Assembly (NCBI RefSeq): GCF_009914755.1
Contig: NC_060933.1
Length of the DNA stretch: 64,000 bases
Direction: 5' to 3' (one strand)
DNA from: the human T2T-CHM13v2.0 reference genome, Homo sapiens
A program made the position numbers and the translations under genes. This document shows positions 54,861-64,000 of this stretch, one piece after another (position 1 is the stretch's first letter; every line of letters begins with the position of its first letter). Under the pieces are notes generated by a model. The model was not told the DNA's origin. It saw nothing but the letters and a program-made list of their open reading frames with translations, and ran no database searches.

Positions 54861-57542
54861 AATTTGACATTGGGTAGAAATCCTTTAAAATATTTTGCAT
54901 GGAAATCACTTTTTGCTTTCAAAGTAATGTAATTAAAGACTTTTAGTTCCCACAGTTTGCAACAATAATCTTAGGAACTTAACTATTTGTTTTGTGAATA
55001 GCTAGCACTAAACAATGAGCTAGAAATTTGATAAAACAGTTCAAATAATTTTTAAATCTCTTTGACTCAACTAGTCATGACTGAATTCATTTATACCATT
55101 AGGATATTAACACATCTTTTAAAAAACAGTGTTAAATGGAGCTGGTCAAGCTATGCATTTTAAGAAGAAAAAGTACTCTCTTTTTAATAGGCTCTGTATA
55201 AGTAAGGCTATCCTCTTTTTCATAGTTTTTCAGAAACAATAACTTTGTCATTTTCTATACTTATTGATAATTTCCCCAACATATTAACAATTAAGAAATA
55301 AAGTTATGGCAGCCTAATTAGTCGAGTCAATACAGGAAGTAAATTGTTAAGACAGTGGGCATACCATCTTAGTTAGTAAGATATGGACATTCAACCACTC
55401 TCTTTCCCTACCCTAAGACACACACACTGTCAGAGAAAATGTTATGATGTGACTGAGAACTTTATGCTCAAAGCTTTCCAAAATTTCATATATAAATATT
55501 GTACTTTTATCAATATAAGATTTCACACTGTAAGAAAACATTGGCATAGGAATCATTCTCTTTTACACAGTTTGAAAATGAATTTTAATGACACTCATAT
55601 CTGATAAATAATATAATGTCATGGAGTAAAAGTTATTTTCTTGATATAAATATTTTATCATTTGAGTATATTCTCCTGGAAATCTAGGTGTCAGTTTAAC
55701 AAAATGCATTTATCAGTTCACTGAATATGACTCCAGGATAAATAAAAAAGAACATTCATATTCAAAAAAAGTAATTTATTTACCTAGTTTATCCCAAGAT
55801 TTATACTGTCAATGCCTTCATTACAAATTAAGGGCTAAAATATATAGTAAGTTCCTGAAGCTCTACCAAAAGTTATCTATACTAAGTAGAACTAAATTAA
55901 ATCATTGTGTTAACTTTTTATTCCTATTAAAGGATTTAGTCTTCTTCTAGTTTAGCTATAATAACAAAAGCAAATGTACATCCCTGGTTTCTTGCCAATT
56001 ATAGCTTGGTCACACCTGCCTAAGTAGTGTTTTATAATAAATACATGGTAAGTAAATTAGTATCCAACCCTCAGGCCTACATGGAATAAATTTGGTGGGG
56101 TACTTCTCCCTTGGGAAAAAAAAATGTTGTTAGCATTTTTTGTTTGCTAGTATCCTTTAGACCTACTACCTATAAAAACCCCTCTAAATGAAGCCTCTGG
56201 CAGCATTTCAATAAGCTAACTTCCATAGGTTTCTTCAGTTCATGGGGGTATTTTCCTCCTTTAATTTGCCAGCAGAGATCTGACATGAAAAAGTTCAGGT
56301 GCTGTTTTATAATACAAGAAAACATATACATGAGACTCCTTGTTCCTTGTCATAATCACATGTACAGTGCTTTAATTTCAACAAATCATATAGAAAAAAG
56401 AAGGTTGGTTTAAGTCATCATCACAAATAAAAAAGCCCATAAACCTACACCTATATTGTGGTCTTGTAATTCACCACTTGTAAGCTTGTAAAACCTAAAA
56501 CTTAATATGCCTACAAATTTTGAATTTTTTAGAATATACTCAATTTGCTTCTACTTCTTCCATTGGGGTTCATGGCTATCTTACATTGTAAGACAGTTAG
56601 TAGACCCAGCAGAAATGACTTCAAAATATTTGTGGTTTCTGTGAAAGTTTGAAAATCTGTTGACTCCCTGGTTGTTCTGTTTGGAAGTCTTTTATGCATT
56701 GCTTTCCCTTTCTTATTTCTCCTTACACACATACAAACTCTTTTCTTGCCTATTGTGTGTACTTGGCTGATTTTCTGGGCACTGTGCCCAGTTGGTTTAA
56801 TGTGTGCTTATTATTGTCTATAGCATTCCTGATTCTGTTTTGGAGATGGGTATTCTATGAATTATTAATGATTATTATCATCCTTTAGAATCAACTTTGC
56901 TTTTGGAATTTAGAAACAAAAGATGAACATTGAGCCCTATGGGTAATCACCAGCAATATCAAGGCCATGTCCAATGCTTGACTGAAAGGGAAAGGAATAG
57001 TGAATATACTGAAGTGAACAAAACAGGATTATTCCTATAAACAGATAAAATTAACAGAAGAAAACTTAAAGTTCAAAATGTATTACTTGAAAAAATGCTC
57101 ATAATATTATTTTACCATACCCATTTTACCATTTAAATATTACTAGTTTTTTTCCTCAATATCCATTGATAAGCTTATTCTTTAAAAACAGAAGTAGGGA
57201 AAGTGCTAGCTTTTTTGCTTCTTATTCACAGGAACTTGTGCACCTGATGTAGTATAGCACATTCTCAAACATCTAATAGGTCACTTCTGAATTTTTCTCT
57301 GAATTTTGAATAAGATAAAAGTAATTTGAATTTAGCTATCATTTCAAAGAAGAAAAAAGTTGCATTTGCAAATTATTTACACGAGCACAAATTTTTAGAG
57401 AAAAAATACTAGAGAAAGAAAAACATAGAGGAAAATAGGTGGTGAAAAAATTCTTTGGAAGTGCAAAAGAAAGAAAACGTTTATTGGCAATGACACATGA
57501 TTATTAATCCCCATGTCTAAGTAAATTTGGGGTCTTTACCCT

Positions 57543-57951
57543 TGCTATAGTTTGGACATGGGTTATTCTCTCCAAAATTCATGTTGAAATTTAATTTCCC
57601 ATGTAAGGTGTTAGGAGATCGTGCTTTGAAGAGGTGATTAGGTCATTAAGACAAATTAATAACTTTCTGGTGAAACTGGGTTATTTTTCATGATAATGGA
57701 TTAGTTCTCATAAGAGCCGGTCATTCTAAAGAAAGTTGCCTCTTTTATAAAGCAATGATTTGCCTGATTTCCATTTTGTTTCTCTGCCTTGCTGTGACAT
57801 AGCATGTGGCTCTCATCAGAAGCTCAACAGATGCCAATGCCATAGTCTTGGACTTTCCAGCCACCAGAACCATAAGCTAAATAAACCTTTTTTTCTTAAT
57901 AAATTACCCAGTCTCAGGTGTTGTTACAGCAACACAACACAGACCAAGACA
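57543..57951 (+). mobile_element. MST-family (MSTB/C/D-like) solo LTR
   Basis: tgctatagtttgga...aaattcatgttgaaatt...cttggactttccagccaccagaacc...aaattacccagtctcagg...accaagaca; TSD accct/acact. Confidence 0.85.
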
Positions 57952-59337
57952 ACACTACACCTGTAATATGTAATATTTTGAAATTAGATTTTAGCTTAGG
58001 AACAATACATACCCAATAAAGTGGAGCTCAGAAGACATCACTTAAGAATTGTTAAATAAGTGCCATCTTTTTGTTTTTATACTGAAAAACAAATGTATCG
58101 ATTCTCAATTATTTTCTCCCTAATGTAACAATAATAACATAATATTGTATTTTCCAAAACCATTCCTCCTTTCTCTCAATTGTATGTATTTATCCTTTTT
58201 TCTTTCTCCTTTTTCTTTTTGGAGTATGATAAATATTTTTAAATCTATCCTCCTGAAATTGCATCTAGGATTTGGATATATTTTGCTATAAATCTTTGCT
58301 TCCTTGGAATAAAAATATTCTCTACATTTTTATTATTCTAATGTTGATTCAGCTTTGGAGTTAATTTATATGCAAAGCAAATAATTTACCCAAACTTGTA
58401 AAGGATATGCATTATCAGAACACAACACCTGCAGGACAAAAGAGAGGTTAATTTCATTGTTGCTCCAAAGCAGAAGGAGATCATTATGGAGCCTGCAGTA
58501 ACCAAGCTCTGTGAAATAGCTGCATTAGTCATTAACTTTCCAGCACTAAATTTCATATCAAACTCAATTAAGTACTACATAGCTTTTAATGACAATATTT
58601 TTTCAGATGCAGCTCTTGTTTACTAATAAGATTTCACATCATGACTATCTGTTCCATTACTTCCTCCATGTTAATGAATTCAAGTCTTGATTTTCTCCAA
58701 AGAAAATGGGGCAATGAAAATTGCATTTCCTAAAATTCTCCTTGAATTATGTTTTAACATTTCAAGTGTGTTAATGTAATGCTTTAGAAGCTAAAGGGAA
58801 TGAATATATAAGAAGCTAAAGTCATCTGTGTCTATCCTCGGGATTGATTAAGTTTGCTATTTATACATGTTTCCCCCACAACATTGCTGTGTTGGAATTT
58901 ATCAGGATAGGAACCATCTAAATTGAAAATGCCCCTTCGTATATTTTTATCACAGTGAAAGTCAAAGCCTAGAATAACAAAAAGGCACAAAATTAATATC
59001 ATCAGGAAACAATTTACTCAGCTAATTAGCATAACATTCTCATATAAAAAGACAGATGGATTAAGGGATCAGGTCATTCATAGCCTGCAGCAAACTGCTT
59101 CAGTCTTTAATCCCCTGCTGTTACCTATGAAATGGTACTCTCTTTATGGATTTGGACAGATCCCTGGGAAGATTTAGATTCTCCCATTGGACTGATTCAC
59201 CTTGTTCCTTTAACTTTTTATTGATGATATATTTCATTATTTCTTGACTAAAACAACAGTAAGAACTCTAAATTAGTTAGCAGCTAAAGAATTGAACTAA
59301 AGGCGTATCTCCACATTTCTCATATAGTAGCTTCTAC

Positions 59338-59338
<1 letters not shown>

Positions 59339-59372
<34 letters not shown>
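59339..59372. repeat. (AC)17 microsatellite
   Basis: Perfect dinucleotide run. Confidence 0.97.
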
Positions 59373-59374
<2 letters not shown>

Positions 59375-59761
59375 TGCCCTGCAGTGCTAACAAATAGGCT
59401 CCAGCTTGAAGACAACCATAGAAGAGTTTTATATATATATATATCCTACTTCAATAAAAATTGGGATTTCATGCTACATACGCAACATTCAAGACAATTA
59501 GGAATAGCACAGCAACAGCCAGTAGTAACTATGAAAAATATCAAATTCTTTACATGGAAGTAGTCAATCAGCATAGATTATAGATTTCCATGAGTCCTTT
59601 AAAAATGTTTCCAAAAATAATGTCTAAGAAAACTATTAGTGAAGATGTTTGATCTATTGTATAGAAACCAAAACCAACAAATGAAAGAAAAGGCCTCTGG
59701 GAAAAAAAAATTCTTTTAAAGTTTTAGGCTACAGGGAGATAATTTATTTCCTTTTGACTAT

Positions 59762-60223
59762 TGTATTAGCTTTCTAGGGCTGCCATAACAAAGTATCACA
59801 ATATAGGTGGCTTAAAAAAAAAACAAACATTTATTGTCTCACAGCTCTGTAAGCTAGAAGCCTGAAATCAAGGTGTTGGCAAGATTGGTTCCTTCTGAAA
59901 AGTTCTGACTTAAAGTCCGTTCCACGTGTGTCTTCTAGTTTCTGGTGGTTGCCAGCAATTTTTGGTGTTCCTTGACTTGTGCATGCATCACCCCACTGTC
60001 TGCCTCCGTCATTACATGGCCTTCTTCCCTATATTTCTTTATGTCTCTCTGTGTCCATATTTTCTTTCTTTATAAAGAAACCAGTCATTGAATTAGGGCC
60101 CATCCCATTTCAATATGACCCTGTTTCAAAATAACATCTGCAATAACCTATTTCCAAATAAGGTCACATTCACAAGTATTGGGATTAGTATTTCATTTTG
60201 GAGACCCGATTCAACACACAATG
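59762..60223 (-). mobile_element. MLT1C-type solo LTR
   Basis: tgtattagctttctagggctgccataacaaag...gaaatcaaggtgttggca...tttccaaataaggtcacattc; perfect 5-bp TSD actat (59757-59761/60224-60228). Confidence 0.88.
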
Positions 60224-60813
60224 ACTATAAACAATCAGAATGTTAGTTTATTAATTTATAACAAGAACTATGTTATATAAAATAAAATTCTTACTTCAGC
60301 ATAAACAGTACATACTTTCCACCCAAACGCACATCTGTATGGGAAAACAAAATGTAGTCACATGATAGCTGGGTATGTATTAGATCAGAAAAATAAAGTT
60401 CAATGATTAGAATATTTAACACCATCAAGCTAATATAAATGTACACATGCATTTATTTTTATTGTAGGAAGGCTTACCAACTTAACTGGCAATTTCACTT
60501 GCCCAGACTTCCTACCTCAGGAATTGGACTTCCACTTAGGTGGAAAAGATATTTATGCCTTAAAGATTCATCTGTAGCTCAGTTTCCATAGGCAACTAAT
60601 TCTCCTTTAATTGACAGACTCTTTCTATAGCTATGTTAATAAATTCAGTTCCAACATAGTAAAATCCTCTGACTTTACCCCCCTTAGGTTAGTTTACTGT
60701 GCTTCAGAAGGCATTCTTTCTTCTCTTGGTTTTATATATTTATAAAGGGTTATATAAAACTAAGAGGGTTGTATTTTTGTAGCCATCTTTCTGATTATCC
60801 CCATGTACTGAGA

Positions 60814-61050
60814 ATATGTGTGTGTGTGTGTGTGTATTGATACATTTAATTTATATGTGTGTTTGTGTATATATATATATATATATGCAAGACTATATGT
60901 ATATAGTCTTGTCCTATTTGGAGGCCCATTAAAGTATTTTTTCTTCCCATTCTTTTACTTCAACTATGATATAAAATTAATTCTGTTATACACACACACA
61001 TACACATACATATACACATACATATATATGTACATGTGTGTATACATATG
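60814..61050. repeat. (TG)n/(TA)n/(CA/TA)n simple repeat cluster
   Basis: Alternating purine-pyrimidine runs at ~60814-60886 and ~60988-61050. Confidence 0.8.
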
Positions 61051-61084
61051 TTTTAATAATCAAAGTTACAATTTATTTTGAACA

Positions 61085-61260
61085 TATTATTTGCCAGAAT
61101 TTATATGGCATACTTTGAATTCACTAACCTATTTAATCTTTAATATCTAAATGGGATAATTATTATTATTTATTTTTCAAAGATGGGGTAACAAAGGCTT
61201 CTGTTACCCCTCAATGTTGCCCATTCTCTACAGACTGTATAATAGAAGTTAAAATTATTT
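61085..61260 (-). mobile_element. MIR fragment
   Basis: atttaatctt...attattattatttattttcaaagatgggg antisense MIR core. Confidence 0.45.
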
Positions 61261-61719
61261 TTGCCCAACTTCAAATATCTTGCATCATACTGCATTCCTT
61301 TCAGCAACCTGCATTTTTCAGCATCCTGCAATTTCCCTATAACCTGGAAATTTTGAACCTCCATGTCTTCATGTGTAATATTTTCTGCATGAAAAATGTG
61401 TCATTTCAACTTATCTAACTCTTGCTTACTATCTAAGGTAAGGTAGAAGTGCCAACTTTTTCAAGGTTTTAGATAAAAGGTGAAAATAATAGTCTCTTGG
61501 TCCACACTCACATAGCCCTTTGTTTATATTAAACACTATATTATATTATGCTATATTAATAGTCAGCTGTTTATTCATCTCCTTCAGCAGACTCTAAAGG
61601 CCATTAGGGACTTGCTAATTCATTTACTAATTAATTAAAGAAATTTGAGGAGAATATCAAGAATAACCCTCTACTTGTTCCCAGCCACCATTCATCACTC
61701 ACTTTCTTAATTGTTCATT

Positions 61720-63480
<1,761 letters not shown>

Positions 63481-64000
63481 TAAGAAGTTACAGCGTGATG
63501 GCAGCCCTTGTTCGCTCTCCGTGTCTCCTCGGCCTGGACGTCCACTCTGGCCGCGCTTGAAGAGCCCTTCGCCCCACCGCTGCACTGTGGGAGCCCGTCT
63601 GTGGGCTGGCCAAGGCCGGAGCATGCTCCCTCTGCTTGTGGGGAGGTGTGGAGGGAGAGGCACAGGCGGGAACTGAGGCTCTGCGCGGCACACATGGGGG
63701 CGGCCCTGCACTCAGAGTGGTCAGGCTGGCGCCACAGGCCCTGGGCAGTGAGGGGCTTAGCACCCAGGGCCAGCCGCCTCGGAGTATGCGCTGAGTTCCG
63801 CATCACTGCCGGCCCGCCCGCTCTAGGCTCGAATTCTTGCCAGGCCTCAGCCGCCTCGCTGTGGGGCAGGGCTCGGGACCTGCAGCCCGCCATGCTCGAG
63901 CCTTTCCCCGCCTGCCCCTTCCCCCGTGGACTCCCCAGCGGCTGGCGGGAGTCTCCCCAAGGGCACTGCCCCCTGCTTCGTGGCGCCTGGTCCCATCAAC
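63481..64000 (+). mobile_element. LTR12 (ERV9; LTR12C/D/E-like) 5' GC-rich U3 portion, continuing beyond the window
   Basis: taagaagttacagcgtgatggcagccc resembles tgagaggtgacagcgtgctggcagccc; cactctggccgcgcttga.gagcccttc and gcagggctcgggacctgcagcccgccatg; CpG-rich. Confidence 0.92.

Overview
This is human genomic DNA; an AluYb8 and an L1HS-type L1, both human-specific, establish the species. It is AT-rich and looks like a gene desert or deep intron. I cannot support any host protein-coding exon. The long ORFs in the track are L1 ORF2 fragments or chance frames in Alu, LTR or AT-rich DNA. The window is a retrotransposon archive. It holds 13 Alus (J, S, Y, Yb8), two 5'-inverted (twin-primed) L1s, one of which carries a nested younger L1, and an L1 with a short 3' transduction. 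It also has a complete THE1B-type provirus, several MaLR solo LTRs, an LTR12 running off the right edge, MER2/MER5A/MER20 DNA-transposon relics, L2/MIR debris, a rare SVA2 fragment and a tailless U2 snRNA retropseudogene. A few repeat-free, motif-rich blocks (~15.2-16.9 kb, ~31.6-33.0 kb, ~58.4-59.2 kb) are candidate enhancers. From memory only, and unverified, the unique segment at ~57.0-57.3 kb resembles the 3' transduction of the hot L1 source LRE3 (2q24.1); this window would then be the empty allele. I see no evidence for a wholly new biological system. Subfamily calls were made by eye, and boundaries of old repeats are approximate.
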